Numbered from the stretch's first letter, positions 31,478 through 42,405 are shown. The stretch: 64,000 nt of DNA from an uncultured delta proteobacterium (GCA_963798485.1 CAWCTR010000017.1:160001-224000); one strand, 5' to 3'. Numbers and translations are program-made. Notes: a model not told the origin generated them from the sequence alone.

Positions 31478-31999
31478 TCAATCCTTGTTGGCGGCATTGA
31501 CCTTTATCACGTGGAAGGCCTTTTCTAGATCTTGCGGTTTAAGCTCTACCATGAAACCCCTCTTGCCGCCATTGATGAAGATGCGGTCCAGCCCGAATAT
31601 CGTGGACTCTCCATATACCGGCAGCCTTGTACGAGTGCCGAAGGGGCTGATACCGCCTACCATGTAGCCGGTATATCGATTGGCGTCTTTTTCATCACAA
31701 GGCTCAATGTGCTTCACGTTGAGTTCCCGGGCAAGCTGTTTGGTGGAGACCTCACGGTCGCCATGCATGAGCATGATGAAAGGCTTATTATCATCTGGTT
31801 CCATGATCAGGGTCTTGATCACCTGGTGTTCGGGGATGAGAAAATATTCAGATACATGATGGGTGCCGCCATGTTCGACAAAGGGGTAGAGGTGTGGGAT
31901 GAATGCAATCTTTTTGTCCCGCAGCAAACGGATAGCCTGAGTGATCGGGTAGTCCGGCCTTGTCATTGTCTTATCTTGTTGTCCCCTGTCAGATGCCAT
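31478..31999 (-). CDS. ybaK: Cys-tRNA(Pro) deacylase YbaK family
   Basis: VIKTL, TGYMVGGISPFG, INGGKRG. Start may be at 31966. Confidence 0.88.
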   Translation of the reverse strand: MASDRGQQDKTMTRPDYPITQAIRLLRDKKIAFIPHLYPFVEHGGTHHVSEYFLIPEHQVIKTLIMEPDDNKPFIMLMHGDREVSTKQLARELNVKHIEPCDEKDANRYTGYMVGGISPFGTRTRLPVYGESTIFGLDRIFINGGKRGFMVELKPQDLEKAFHVIKVNAANKD

Positions 32000-32066
32000 G
32001 TTCAGGCATCACATCATCCGGAGCAGTGATTAAAGGCTTCGAAGGGCATGGGTTTGAAGAAATGCC

Positions 32067-33497
32067 TCAGCGTGTCTTCACCTGTACATATGTGCTCTGG
32101 GCGCTCCTATGATCCAGGGCCAGCAACACCGTTTCTTGACCGGGCTGGAGCACGCTCACAATCCCGGCGAAGTCCTCCACGCCATGAACCGACTGGCCGT
32201 CTATTTCCAGGATGATATCTCCCAGCTCAAACCCCACTTCCGCCATGGGGCCTTTCGGGTCAAGCCATTTCAGAGCCACACCCATATCGATCCCATAGTT
32301 GTCCGCTTCCTGAGATCTGACAGGTCTTATCTCAATGCCAAGGCGATCTTTAACAACAGTAGAGAGAAATTTCAGGGAGTCATCCATGTCTCCAACCACA
32401 ATTTTGACTGCAAATTCGTTGCTGCCTCGAAGAACAGCCGACTGGAGCGTTGTGCCGATGGGTGTTGTGGCCACCTGGTTTCGCAGTGAGCCCGAGTCTT
32501 TGACCTCTTTGCCGGCTATAGTCATTACAATGTCGCCCTTTTTCAAGCCGGCCTTGTCGGCAGGTCCGTCTTTGACCACATCCACAACAACGGCGCCTGT
32601 GGTCATCTCCAACTTAAGGGACTTCGCCTTTTCCTGGTCCAGGTCCTGGATGGTGACGCCTATCCACCCCCTTTTGACCTTGCCATAAGCAATAAGCGCC
32701 TTCGATATGGCGATGGCGAAATTGCTGGGGATAGCAAAACCGATCCCTTCATATCCCCCGGACTCGGAGGCGATTATCGAGTTGATGCCGATAACCTCCC
32801 CCTTGAGGTTGATGAGCGGGCCCCCGCTATTGCCGGGGTTAATGGCGGCATCGGTCTGGAGGAAGTCCTGGTATGAGCTTGGGTCTGTGATACCCTGGCG
32901 GTGCTTGGCGCTGATAATGCCCTGGGTCACGGTCTGATCGAGTCCTCGAGGGTGGCCGATGGCAACAACCCACTCTCCGACCTCCACCTTGTCGGAGTCG
33001 CCGAACACGACAAAGGGGAGTTTCGATTCAGGGTTAATCTTGATGACGGCAAGGTCGGTCTTAGGGTCTTTCCCTACTATTTTTGCTGCATACTGTTTTC
33101 CGTCAGAGAGGATGACCTTTATATCAGTAGCCTCATCCACGACATGGTTGTTCGTGAGGATATTACCTATCTCGTCAATGATAATACCGGTACCCAGGCC
33201 CCTGAGTTCTCTTTTGAATTTTTTCTGCGCCTGGGGCTGTTCGAAAAATGGGGATTGCTGTGGTTCGGTTGATGGAGAGTATGGTACGACCTGCTGCTGG
33301 GTCACCTCGATGTGCACGACCGATGGGATAGTGGCCTTGGCAATCTGTGTGATGATAACCCTGAGGTCATTCGCGAATACGGGTTTGGGCGATGAGTCCT
33401 GGTTGGGATCGGCGGCGTTCGTTACGCCGGGCAGAAAAGTGACGCCCAAGAGAAGGACGATAATCACCGTAAAACAGGTGCTGCTGTATTTCCCCAT
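32067..33497 (-). CDS. Do/DegP-family serine endoprotease
   Basis: TNNHV, DLAVI, GNSGGP and two PDZ domains. Confidence 0.95.
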   Translation of the reverse strand: MGKYSSTCFTVIIVLLLGVTFLPGVTNAADPNQDSSPKPVFANDLRVIITQIAKATIPSVVHIEVTQQQVVPYSPSTEPQQSPFFEQPQAQKKFKRELRGLGTGIIIDEIGNILTNNHVVDEATDIKVILSDGKQYAAKIVGKDPKTDLAVIKINPESKLPFVVFGDSDKVEVGEWVVAIGHPRGLDQTVTQGIISAKHRQGITDPSSYQDFLQTDAAINPGNSGGPLINLKGEVIGINSIIASESGGYEGIGFAIPSNFAIAISKALIAYGKVKRGWIGVTIQDLDQEKAKSLKLEMTTGAVVVDVVKDGPADKAGLKKGDIVMTIAGKEVKDSGSLRNQVATTPIGTTLQSAVLRGSNEFAVKIVVGDMDDSLKFLSTVVKDRLGIEIRPVRSQEADNYGIDMGVALKWLDPKGPMAEVGFELGDIILEIDGQSVHGVEDFAGIVSVLQPGQETVLLALDHRSAQSTYVQVKTR

Positions 33498-33625
33498 GGA
33501 TAAGACCTCCGATCATATCTGGGCATGCACTGGAATGCATGGCTTTACCTTGCTATGGGAAACATCATAACACTAGGGTGTTCAAAAGCAAGGGGTATAT
33601 GGGCACCGGGCAATAGGCTTTCGGG

Positions 33626-34738
33626 TTATTGTAATGCGAGCTCGATCTCTTCCTTGAGTTCTCCCTTGCTTTGCCCAAGGAATTTCTTGAGCGCTTCTTG
33701 TGCAGCCGTACCCTTGATACGGCCCAAAGACCATACGATCATGGCCCGCACCCTGAGGTCATCACCCTCCTCATAGGCGCGCACGAGGTCGGGAACATAT
33801 CCGGCATCCAGGCTGTTGCCCATGGCCCGGGCTGCATTCATCTTCCAGCGCCACAGGTCTTCCGGGGCCTGATAGAACATGTGGGGCCAGATTTTTTCCA
33901 TAAAGTAGGTCTTGTCCATGTGCAGCAGTTTTTTCAGTTCAAAATCATCTGCTATGGCTAAGGCCTTCTTGTTTATGGGCAGGTCTTTCCCAAGCCATGG
34001 GGTATTCCGCGGGCATACATTCTGGCAACGGTCGCACCCGTAGACCCACATGCCCATGGGCTCCCGGAGCTCTCTAGGGGTAAGCCCGTCTCCAAAATAA
34101 CTCAGATAGGATATGCACCGGCAAGGGTCTATCCGGCGCGGGCCTTTCAGTGCGCCTGTAGGGCAGGCGGAGATGCAGGCGTTTTTGCACCAGTCAGGAC
34201 ACGCGACTTCATAGTTTGGCGCATCAGGTTCAAACGTGCGGTCTATAACCAGGGCGACGGGCAGCACCCATGAGCCTTTGAGGGCAACCTTTCTGGAGTA
34301 GAAGAGGGTGTTCTTGCCGAAGGTTCCAAGGCCGGCCCTGGCCGCAGCTACACGGTGGGGGAGGTTGAAGGGGACTCTGGAGTTGATCCCGTCTTGTGTC
34401 AGAAAAGATCTGAAGTCCTTGATCCGAACGGCCAGGCCGTCTTTGGTGACCCGGTCATCATCCAGGTAACAGCGCCCGAAATGGCGCTCCAGTTGGGGGG
34501 GAAAGGCCTCCCTGAAGTAGGCCTCGATAAGCACGATGATGGATTGGGCGCCCGGAAGGATGTTTTTGGGGTCGGTGCCGGAGACCAGATCGAGGCCCAT
34601 CCTGCCGACCCATCCATACTCCTCCTGCCGCCGGCACAGCAGCTCTTTCTGGGAGTCGAAGGGTTCCGCCGTGGTGAACCCGAGGTCCGCAAATCCCAGA
34701 TCCAAGGCCTTGTTTATAACATCGTCCCTGGCGAGCAT
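33626..34738 (-). CDS. Epoxyqueuosine reductase (QueG)-like Fe-S protein with HEAT-like tail
   Basis: AARAGLG, CxxxCxxxCxxxCP, CISY, YGCDRCQNVCP. Confidence 0.8.
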   Translation of the reverse strand: MLARDDVINKALDLGFADLGFTTAEPFDSQKELLCRRQEEYGWVGRMGLDLVSGTDPKNILPGAQSIIVLIEAYFREAFPPQLERHFGRCYLDDDRVTKDGLAVRIKDFRSFLTQDGINSRVPFNLPHRVAAARAGLGTFGKNTLFYSRKVALKGSWVLPVALVIDRTFEPDAPNYEVACPDWCKNACISACPTGALKGPRRIDPCRCISYLSYFGDGLTPRELREPMGMWVYGCDRCQNVCPRNTPWLGKDLPINKKALAIADDFELKKLLHMDKTYFMEKIWPHMFYQAPEDLWRWKMNAARAMGNSLDAGYVPDLVRAYEEGDDLRVRAMIVWSLGRIKGTAAQEALKKFLGQSKGELKEEIELALQ

Positions 34739-34748
34739 AGTGTTCTCC

Positions 34749-35003
34749 TTACATTTTTCTGGGTAATGCCTTCAATGCCTTTATGTACCTGACCTCATTG
34801 AAAGGCCTGCCGGCTTTCAGCATATCATTCATCTCTTTTACTAAAACAAAGGCGATTAATCGCATTGCATCATCGTGATGACGACCTTCACGAATCAACC
34901 TGTCATAGGTGGACTTTGTCTCTTTGGGATTGTTCTTGTCGATCTGATTCTGGATTGTTTCGAACAGTGCCTCTCTCACATACATCTTGTTGTCATTGAC
35001 CAT
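34749..35003 (-). CDS. Small conserved hypothetical protein
   Basis: 84-aa ORF in operon position, with RBS GGGG. The longer upstream extension overlaps the MFS gene. Confidence 0.7.
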   Translation of the reverse strand: MVNDNKMYVREALFETIQNQIDKNNPKETKSTYDRLIREGRHHDDAMRLIAFVLVKEMNDMLKAGRPFNEVRYIKALKALPRKM

Positions 35004-35017
35004 GATATCCCCCGATT

Positions 35018-36220
35018 TTAAAACGAATCGATATGCCTTCTCCTGATCAGTAATCCTGTGTATCCCACGAGTGCGAAGGTCGCACCGGCCCAGAAGGTGG
35101 CGGCAGGGCCGGCTACATCCCAGAGCCATCCGGCCAGAATGCTCGCCATCAGCATGGCGATGCCCGTTGCAAGGCTGAAGAGGCCGAAGGCGCTTCCGCG
35201 GATGTTCGCCGGCGAGGTATCTGCCACGAGTGTCGAGAATATCCCCTGGGTCAGGCCCATATGGAGCCCCCAAAGCGCTGCCCCGCAAGCGACAAGGCCA
35301 TATCCCGAAGCAAGGGCGAATACGATGTCGGAGGCGACGAGCACGAGGCAGCCGGCAGAGAGCATCCCCATGCGGCCCAGTTTATCCGAGAGGACACCAA
35401 CAGGATAAGCACAGAGCGTGTAAACCACATTCATCAACACCATGAAAAAGGGAATGAGGGATGCCGGTACTCCCACTCCCTGGGCGCGCAGGAGTATGAA
35501 GGCCTCGCTGAAGCGTGCAAGGGTAAAGATGCTGCCGAAGGCAACGATGAACCAGTACGCACGGCCCAACATTTTAATATCGGCAATCTTTATGGGCCTT
35601 CCCTTCTTTTCGCCTTCTTTGTGGGCAGGCTCCTCGACACCGAATGCAAGCAAGGTCACCGCAATGATTCCCGGCAGCACGGCTATCCAGAACACGCTGC
35701 GGAAGTTGTCGGATGTTGCGAACATCAACACGCTCGCAAGCATTGGACCGATGAAGGCGCCTGCGGTATCCAGGGACTGTCTGAGTCCGAAGGCGGCGCC
35801 GCGCTGCTCGGCCGTGGTAATGTCTGCAAGGAGCGCATCCCGGGGTGCGCCGCGGATGCCCTTGCCGATCCGGTCGAGAAACCGGGCGGTCAAGACGAGC
35901 CCCACACCGTCTGCGATGGCAAACAGCGGCTTGGTGAGAGTACCGATAGCATACCCCGCTACTGCAAGCACCTTCCTCTTCCCGAGCCGGTCGCTCAGGA
36001 ACCCAGAGAACACCTTGGTTATGAGTGCCGTGGACTCGGCGATCCCTTCGATGATACCAAGCGATAGGGCGGATGCGCCGAGTCCTACAACCAGAAAGAC
36101 CGGCAGCAGGCTGTGGATCATCTCGGAGGAGATGTCCATAAACAGGCTTACAAGGCCGAGCATCCATACCGGCCGGGGGATTCCCCGGAATGCTCTCATT
36201 GCTTTTTCAAAGCCGATCAC
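35018..36220 (-). CDS. MFS transporter
   Basis: About 12 TMs; GFLSDRLGKRK, DRIGKGIRGAPRDALLAD. Confidence 0.93.
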   Translation of the reverse strand: MIGFEKAMRAFRGIPRPVWMLGLVSLFMDISSEMIHSLLPVFLVVGLGASALSLGIIEGIAESTALITKVFSGFLSDRLGKRKVLAVAGYAIGTLTKPLFAIADGVGLVLTARFLDRIGKGIRGAPRDALLADITTAEQRGAAFGLRQSLDTAGAFIGPMLASVLMFATSDNFRSVFWIAVLPGIIAVTLLAFGVEEPAHKEGEKKGRPIKIADIKMLGRAYWFIVAFGSIFTLARFSEAFILLRAQGVGVPASLIPFFMVLMNVVYTLCAYPVGVLSDKLGRMGMLSAGCLVLVASDIVFALASGYGLVACGAALWGLHMGLTQGIFSTLVADTSPANIRGSAFGLFSLATGIAMLMASILAGWLWDVAGPAATFWAGATFALVGYTGLLIRRRHIDSF

Positions 36221-36223
36221 TGT

Positions 36224-36886
36224 TCACTCATTTATCGGCCATGCAAGAGGATACGGGGCTTCGATCCTGATATCCGAGTTCAGAGTGGGGTGCATGAACT
36301 CCACTCTCTTGTGGTGCAGGGCAATTTCGTCTGTGAGAGTCCATTTTTCCCCGCCATATCGAACATCACCGAGGATAGGGAACCCGCCGGCTGCGAACTG
36401 TGCCCTGATCTGGTGGTAGCGGCCGGTCTCAAGGATGACCTCAACAAGGATTAGTTTCTTAAAACGTTTTATGATGCGATAGGTCAGCAGCGATTGCCGC
36501 GATCCGGGCTCTTGGGGGGACGCGACCACAGACCTCATCCGTGAGTGTCTCAGGTGGTGCATCAGGGTTCCGTGCGGTCCCGGCAGGTCATTGGTAACAA
36601 CAGCATGGTAGACCTTGATAATACCCTTGCCTCGCATCTGTTCGTTCATCCTCGTTAAGGCCTTGCTCGTCCGGGCAAAGATTACTATGCCGCTTACCGG
36701 CTTGTCAATACGGTGAACGGCATGAAGGTAGACCTCACCGGGCTTGTCTTTCGATTGTTTAATCCATGCCTTGGCCTGGGCCTCCAGGCTGTCTTCGTTT
36801 TTCCCTGAAGGCTGGGTGAGCAGGCCTGCCGGCTTGTTCAGGGCCAGCAGGTGGTTATCCTCATAAAGGATCTCTAATAAAGCCAT
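36224..36886 (-). CDS. RluA-family pseudouridine synthase
   Basis: NKPAG, HRIDKPVSG, TGRYHQIR, ILGDVRYG. Confidence 0.93.
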   Translation of the reverse strand: MALLEILYEDNHLLALNKPAGLLTQPSGKNEDSLEAQAKAWIKQSKDKPGEVYLHAVHRIDKPVSGIVIFARTSKALTRMNEQMRGKGIIKVYHAVVTNDLPGPHGTLMHHLRHSRMRSVVASPQEPGSRQSLLTYRIIKRFKKLILVEVILETGRYHQIRAQFAAGGFPILGDVRYGGEKWTLTDEIALHHKRVEFMHPTLNSDIRIEAPYPLAWPINE

Positions 36887-36905
36887 GGCTTGGCTACGTC
36901 ATCTC

Positions 36906-37796
36906 CTAAGCAGGGGATGCCTCTTCACAGACCCACCGGCAATAGGTCCCGCTCGGCACCGGCAGCACGGTTCCCTTGCCTTCAAGCAGCATCTCGCCGC
37001 TTTCGTAATGTGATTGCGTCTGTGGCGGCTCTGTGCCGGTCAGGATGTTCTGAAGCGCACGTGGGGTGCAGGTGGGTGTATGTGAAGTCAGCAGGATGAA
37101 CAGGGGGGCCTGTGATAGCAGGGACCAGCATTTTTTCACTGTTGCAATCAGCTCGTCCTCGATCTTGTAGACCTCCTCATTTTTGCCATGGCCATAGGTG
37201 GGGGGGTCCATTATCACTGCATCGTAACGGCGTTCCCGCCTGAGCTCTCTTTGAAGGAAACGGTTCACGTCTTCTACTATCCAGCGGATGGGGGCATCGG
37301 TCAGGTTGTTGAGCTCTGCGTTCTCCCGGGCCCATTTGACCATGCCCTTGGATGCATCCAGGTGGCAGACCTGTGCCCCGCAGCGCGCAGCCGCAAGGGT
37401 TGACCCGCCGGAGTAGGCAAAGAGATTGAGCACGGAGACCTGTGGCCGGCCCATGACATTTGCCTGCGTGAGGATGGAGTTTATCCATTTCCAGAGGCCG
37501 CGTTGTTCGGGGAAGATCCCCAGGTGACCGAAGTCGGTGGGTGAGAGCCTGAAGTGCAGCCCTTCGAGTATTATACGCCAGGACTCCGGGAGTTCGGTGC
37601 GGACCTGCCAGCCTTTCCCGGGTTTGCGTTCAAAGGCGGCATCGGCCTCTTCCCAGGCCGCCGCATCTTTCTGCGGTTCCCAGATTGCCTGAGGGCAGGG
37701 CCTGATAAGCCGGTAACGGCCGAAGCGCTCAAGCTTCCTGCCATTACCGCTGTCCATAAGCTCATAATCGTATGCCTGGGATTGTCTGGGTTTCAT
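36906..37796 (-). CDS. Class I SAM-dependent (RlmI/K-related) methyltransferase
   Basis: YELMDSGNGRKLERFG, LNLFAYSG, MDPPTY. Confidence 0.88.
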   Translation of the reverse strand: MKPRQSQAYDYELMDSGNGRKLERFGRYRLIRPCPQAIWEPQKDAAAWEEADAAFERKPGKGWQVRTELPESWRIILEGLHFRLSPTDFGHLGIFPEQRGLWKWINSILTQANVMGRPQVSVLNLFAYSGGSTLAAARCGAQVCHLDASKGMVKWARENAELNNLTDAPIRWIVEDVNRFLQRELRRERRYDAVIMDPPTYGHGKNEEVYKIEDELIATVKKCWSLLSQAPLFILLTSHTPTCTPRALQNILTGTEPPQTQSHYESGEMLLEGKGTVLPVPSGTYCRWVCEEASPA

Positions 37797-37805
37797 GGAG
37801 TCCTT

Positions 37806-39005
37806 TCATTTTGTCTTGCAGATAAGCCCTTTCAAATACCCTCCTTCCGGGAAGGCGAGCAGGACAGGGTGGTCGGATGACTGCCCCAGCCGCCTTATGA
37901 TCTGGGCCTCACGTTTGGCATCGAGCGCGGCATCCGCGACGATCTTGCCGAATAGATCAACAGTGATATGCCCCGAGCAGGAGAAGGTGAAGAGGGTGCC
38001 GCCTGGTTTCAGAAGTTTAAACGCCAGCAGATTGATGTCCTTGTATCCACGGCTCGCCCCTGCCACCTGTTTTGCAGATGCAGCGAACTTCGGCGGGTCG
38101 AGGATAATAAGGTCGAACTTTTTATTCGCATCGCGCAGGCCTCTCAGCACCAGGAACACATCATCCTCAATGGTCAGAAATTTTTGGTCCATGCCGTTCA
38201 ATCCTGCGTTCGTAAGCCCCAATGCCAGGGCGTCGGGCGATGATTCGATGTTCGTCACCCGGAGTGCGCCGCCCTTGAGGGCCGCCAGGCCGAAGGCGCC
38301 TGTGTATGAAAAGCAGTTGAGCACATCGGCCCCTTTGGAGAACTCTCTAACGGCCATCCTGTTTTCGCGCTGATCCAGGTAGAATCCGGTTTTGTGGCCT
38401 CTTCTGACATCAACCAGAAAATGCATGCCGTGTTCCTTGATCTCGATGAGTTCCGGAGGGTCTTCTCCCCAGAGGGTTCCTACGCTGGTCTCAAGCCCCT
38501 CCATAGTACGTGTGTCCGTGTCCGACCGATCAAAGATGCCCTTGGCATGGGTGATGTCTGCAAGCTGCTTCACGATCTCATCTTTGAAAAATGCCGCGCC
38601 TGATGAGAGGAACTGGCAGACAAGAAAATCACTATAGCGGTCTACAATAAGGCCCGGCAAGCCGTCTGATTCCGCATTCACCAGACGGCATGCAGTCAGG
38701 TCTCCTGCTTCAAGCAGGTGTGCGCGTGCCGCAATTGCATACTCAAGCTGTTTACGGAAAAATATCTCTGTGATGGCCTCACCTGGGGTGAAGGACCAGA
38801 TACGCACCCTTATCTGCGAGTGCGGGGAATATGCACCTGCAGCGATCCACGTGCCATCTGAGGCACATACGTTTACGGTCCGGCCAGGAGACGGATTACC
38901 CTTAACCTCTGATACGGCCCCGGAAAAGACCCAGGGGTGGTGTCTTTGCAATGACTCGTCACGGCCCGGTTTGAGGATTATGGTACCTATCGTGTCTGAA
39001 AACAT
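37806..39005 (-). CDS. rlmI: 23S rRNA m5C1962 methyltransferase RlmI-like
   Basis: HPWVFSGA PUA-like start, ESDGLPGL, GHKTGFYLDQR, LDPPKF, TFSCS. Confidence 0.85.
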   Translation of the reverse strand: MFSDTIGTIILKPGRDESLQRHHPWVFSGAVSEVKGNPSPGRTVNVCASDGTWIAAGAYSPHSQIRVRIWSFTPGEAITEIFFRKQLEYAIAARAHLLEAGDLTACRLVNAESDGLPGLIVDRYSDFLVCQFLSSGAAFFKDEIVKQLADITHAKGIFDRSDTDTRTMEGLETSVGTLWGEDPPELIEIKEHGMHFLVDVRRGHKTGFYLDQRENRMAVREFSKGADVLNCFSYTGAFGLAALKGGALRVTNIESSPDALALGLTNAGLNGMDQKFLTIEDDVFLVLRGLRDANKKFDLIILDPPKFAASAKQVAGASRGYKDINLLAFKLLKPGGTLFTFSCSGHITVDLFGKIVADAALDAKREAQIIRRLGQSSDHPVLLAFPEGGYLKGLICKTK

Positions 39006-39842
39006 TTATTTCGTGCGGGCAAGGCCGGGCGTTTTTGTCTGCCCCCCGGCCTTGCGGTCAGGATGATCTCGATCGACAAATTGCCTCAACCCCTCAATGG
39101 TGGCTGCCTCGAAGATGGACTTGTTGAAGCATTCGGCCTCGATCCTGAGCCCCTCGTTAAGCGGCATGCCGAACCCCCGTATGGCAGCTTCCTTGTCGGT
39201 GCGCATGGCAGGCTGGGGAAGGGTGCAGATGAACCCGGCAAGCTCTATTGCTCTATCGAGAGACCTGCCTTTGGGCACGACTTCGTTGGCGAGCCCCATA
39301 CGCAACGCCTCCTGGGCATCGATTACCCTGCCTGTTATGATAAGCTCCATTGCCCTGCCGAACCCCACGATACGGGGCAGGCGCTGGGTGCCGCCGTCCG
39401 CCAGGCCGATGTTCCACCTCCTGCAGGTCACCCCGAAGGTGGCGTGTTCCTCTGCAATGCGGATGTCTGCAAAGCATGCCCACTCAAGGCCGCCTGCATA
39501 GGCGGCACCGTTGACTGCTGCAATAATGGGTTTATAGATGTCCGTCCATCTGCTGGGGCCGAGGTAGCCCGGCCGATCCCCCCTGCAATGTGCAGCGACC
39601 TCAGCAGGGTCCGGCGAGACGATCTCTGGGCCTGCTTTGAGGTCACCCCCCGTACAGAAGGCACGCTCTCCCGTGCCCGTGATTATGGCCACCTTGGCTT
39701 CAGGATCATCCTTGAAGCGGCCCCAGGCATCAATAAGCTCTCTGTGTGTCACAGGCCCTACACAGTTCATGACATCGGGCCTGTTGAATGCGATGATGGT
39801 TATTTCACCGTGTTTCTCATACCTGATCTGTGAATAATCCAC
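39006..39842 (-). CDS. Enoyl-CoA hydratase/isomerase family
   Basis: AFCTGGDL, KPIIAAVNG, GGTQRLPRIVG. Confidence 0.92.
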   Translation of the reverse strand: MDYSQIRYEKHGEITIIAFNRPDVMNCVGPVTHRELIDAWGRFKDDPEAKVAIITGTGERAFCTGGDLKAGPEIVSPDPAEVAAHCRGDRPGYLGPSRWTDIYKPIIAAVNGAAYAGGLEWACFADIRIAEEHATFGVTCRRWNIGLADGGTQRLPRIVGFGRAMELIITGRVIDAQEALRMGLANEVVPKGRSLDRAIELAGFICTLPQPAMRTDKEAAIRGFGMPLNEGLRIEAECFNKSIFEAATIEGLRQFVDRDHPDRKAGGQTKTPGLARTK

Positions 39843-39895
39843 TGATAACCTCCCTAAGGGGATTTCATGATAATCAATCTTTGGGTGCCTGCCCG

Positions 39896-40159
39896 TTAAT
39901 CATGGCTGAAGGTCATCTTCTTTGCCTCGATGCCTTCAATCTTTTTAAGCTTTTTCAGCATCCCGTCGATGATTGCACTTTCTCCGACCATTTCCAGGAT
40001 GACAATGCCGCCGCCTGCGCAGAAGTTTCCCTGCACCTCGTGCAGCCCCAGCCTTGTCTTTATGTTGCATCCGTACTCGGTGAAGATCTTCTGGACATCC
40101 GATGCATGCTTCATCCGGTCAGTAACATGGATACCAACGATGATATGTTCCGATTTCAT
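39896..40159 (-). CDS. Small ACT-like protein (TM1266-like)
   Basis: VQKIFTEYGCNIKTRLGLHE motif. Confidence 0.7.
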   Translation of the reverse strand: MKSEHIIVGIHVTDRMKHASDVQKIFTEYGCNIKTRLGLHEVQGNFCAGGGIVILEMVGESAIIDGMLKKLKKIEGIEAKKMTFSHD

Positions 40160-40181
40160 TGATAATACCTCCTGTTTTTAG

Positions 40182-41081
40182 TTAAGAACAGTTGCACGTA
40201 TCTCCGGTGATCCTGCACCCCTCGCCGCTGTATTCGATTTCAACCGTGGAGTGGTCCATGCCGTGGGTAAGCATGAGGTTCCGTATGTGGTCTTTGATAA
40301 AAATGATATCTTCTCTTGTTGCATCCTTGTCCACCACAACATGGGTGGTCAATACGTGATGCATGCCGTCCAATGACCATATATGGGTATGGTGGGTGCA
40401 GGTGACATGCGCTAGCGAGCGCATGTCCTCCTCAATGGTCGCTATGTCTACCCCCTCGGGTACGCCCTGCATGAAGATACCGAAGGTCTTGCCCAGGTTT
40501 TTCAGGACATTGAACAGGACATAGGCCGTGATCAGGCAGGACAGCAATGGGTCAAGAAAAGGTATATCCCTGATCAGGAGGATGAGGCTGACAGCCAGGA
40601 CGGCGGCCCACCCGAGAACATCCTCCAAAAGGTGCCATGCCACCATCTTGGCGTTTAAGCCGGTGCTCCCCCTGAGCCTGAGCACAGCTGCGCCATTTAT
40701 TGCAACCCCGATGACGGCGAAAAGGATCATGCCCGGTGCGTATGAATGCTGGGGATGAAATATCCTTGGGATGGCATGGAAGAGGATGAAGAGAGAGCCT
40801 AATATGAGCACTGCCGCGCTGATGAGCGCGCCCAGCAGGGAGAATCTGCGGTACCCGTATGAATAGAGCGTATCCCCTTTTTTCATGGAGAGCCGCTCCA
40901 GGAACCAGGCAGACCCCAGCGCGAAACTGTCTCCGAGGTCATGGATGGCATCGGCCAGGATGGCAAGGCTGTTTGTCCACAACCCGCCGAAGATCTCCAG
41001 GAAGGTAAAGAAGAGGTTCAGAAAGAATACAAGCCTGATGTTCCCCAGCTCGTTATGATTGTGATGATGATCATGGGCCAT
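40182..41081 (-). CDS. Cation diffusion facilitator (CzcD-like)
   Basis: His-rich N-terminus, LADAIHDLGD, HLLED, HTHIWSL. Confidence 0.92.
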   Translation of the reverse strand: MAHDHHHNHNELGNIRLVFFLNLFFTFLEIFGGLWTNSLAILADAIHDLGDSFALGSAWFLERLSMKKGDTLYSYGYRRFSLLGALISAAVLILGSLFILFHAIPRIFHPQHSYAPGMILFAVIGVAINGAAVLRLRGSTGLNAKMVAWHLLEDVLGWAAVLAVSLILLIRDIPFLDPLLSCLITAYVLFNVLKNLGKTFGIFMQGVPEGVDIATIEEDMRSLAHVTCTHHTHIWSLDGMHHVLTTHVVVDKDATREDIIFIKDHIRNLMLTHGMDHSTVEIEYSGEGCRITGDTCNCS

Positions 41082-41197
41082 TATCCCTATGTCCCCCAGT
41101 GTAGTGCCCTTCTCAATTGTGAGAGATGGCGTTTCCGTCAAGAAAGATTCATCGCCCTATAATATACCTACACCACTTAATATGTTGATCCTGGCTG

Positions 41198-42349
41198 TTA
41201 AAAGCTCAACGCCACGGTACTTCCGATGGATAAGCCCTTGTATTTCAGGTCCTCGCCGGGGTGGTACACATTCTTATCATCATCCATGGAAAAGGCTTTG
41301 AGGTCGAGTATACATTTAACATTCGGCCTCAATGATCTGGTCATTCCGCATGTAATAGTCGTTTTCTGTCTTTTACCGATAAAGAAAGCCGAGTCGGAAG
41401 GATAGTCGTTCTTCTCGATCATGAGCAGCTGCAGACCCGCATTCAGGTTTGTCACCTCGCTCATGGAGTAGTTGTATGAGACATCTCCTATCCACTCATT
41501 ACCATGGCTGTTATGATCTTCGGCAGCCACTATGGGCACATCAGATTCCTGAATTTTGCTTTTCTGTCTCAAAATGCCCTGGAGGGTAAACCCCAGATCC
41601 CAACCGGGCCGGGTATACTTGGCGCCTAAACCGACAAGCGCAACGTCTCCTTCCTGGTAGTAGTCATTACCCTGTACCTCGTCTTTGCCAAAGGTCAGGT
41701 ATTCGCCGAATACCCTCCCGGACATCTCAGGTGTAAAATCGTGCCTGAGCTCTGCATTGATGTTGAAGATATCTCCTGGATTGTAGTCGGGCAGGAAGGA
41801 GCTGAAATCATATTTTCCCCGCCAGGTGTACCCCAGGCCGACGCCGGCAACCCACTTCTCCCATTCCTTGGAGAAGATGAGCGTGGGGTTGATATTCAGA
41901 CCCTCGCCATAGGTGGTGATGGACATGAGCTCCGGAGGCACGATCAGGACAAGATCTTTCTCCTTCAAATCTGTGTATCCGGTGGGTAGGCTGAAGCCGA
42001 GACCGAAGAGCATGTCAAAGGGGAGCTTGTTCTCGAGTGTATAGGCTAGGTTCAGCTTGGTATCGGTGAAGTGGCTGAGGGAATCCGATGCCCCCACTGA
42101 CGGATCGACCTTTGTGTAGGCATATGCGCCCAGGAGCTTAAATGAGAAATCTTTGTATTCCGAATCAGCAACCAAGGGGACATAGAACTGCATACCCTTG
42201 TCATGGTCGTCGCTCGCCCACCAGTCGTAATGGAAGCCTGTTTGGAAGTTTGTATTCGCAACAGAGGCGGCATATAGGTTCACCCCGGAGAAAATGACTA
42301 TCCATGAAACCATTGCACCCAGCATGACAAGCCTTTTCATAAACATCAT
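41198..42349 (-). CDS. Outer-membrane beta-barrel protein
   Basis: Signal peptide, alternating beta strands, FSLPTG, terminal Phe. Confidence 0.7.
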   Translation of the reverse strand: MMFMKRLVMLGAMVSWIVIFSGVNLYAASVANTNFQTGFHYDWWASDDHDKGMQFYVPLVADSEYKDFSFKLLGAYAYTKVDPSVGASDSLSHFTDTKLNLAYTLENKLPFDMLFGLGFSLPTGYTDLKEKDLVLIVPPELMSITTYGEGLNINPTLIFSKEWEKWVAGVGLGYTWRGKYDFSSFLPDYNPGDIFNINAELRHDFTPEMSGRVFGEYLTFGKDEVQGNDYYQEGDVALVGLGAKYTRPGWDLGFTLQGILRQKSKIQESDVPIVAAEDHNSHGNEWIGDVSYNYSMSEVTNLNAGLQLLMIEKNDYPSDSAFFIGKRQKTTITCGMTRSLRPNVKCILDLKAFSMDDDKNVYHPGEDLKYKGLSIGSTVALSF

Positions 42350-42405
42350 TCCTTAGCGTAGAGAATTATTTTTTAATCGAAAATGTAATCATCCCTTTCT
42401 CATTG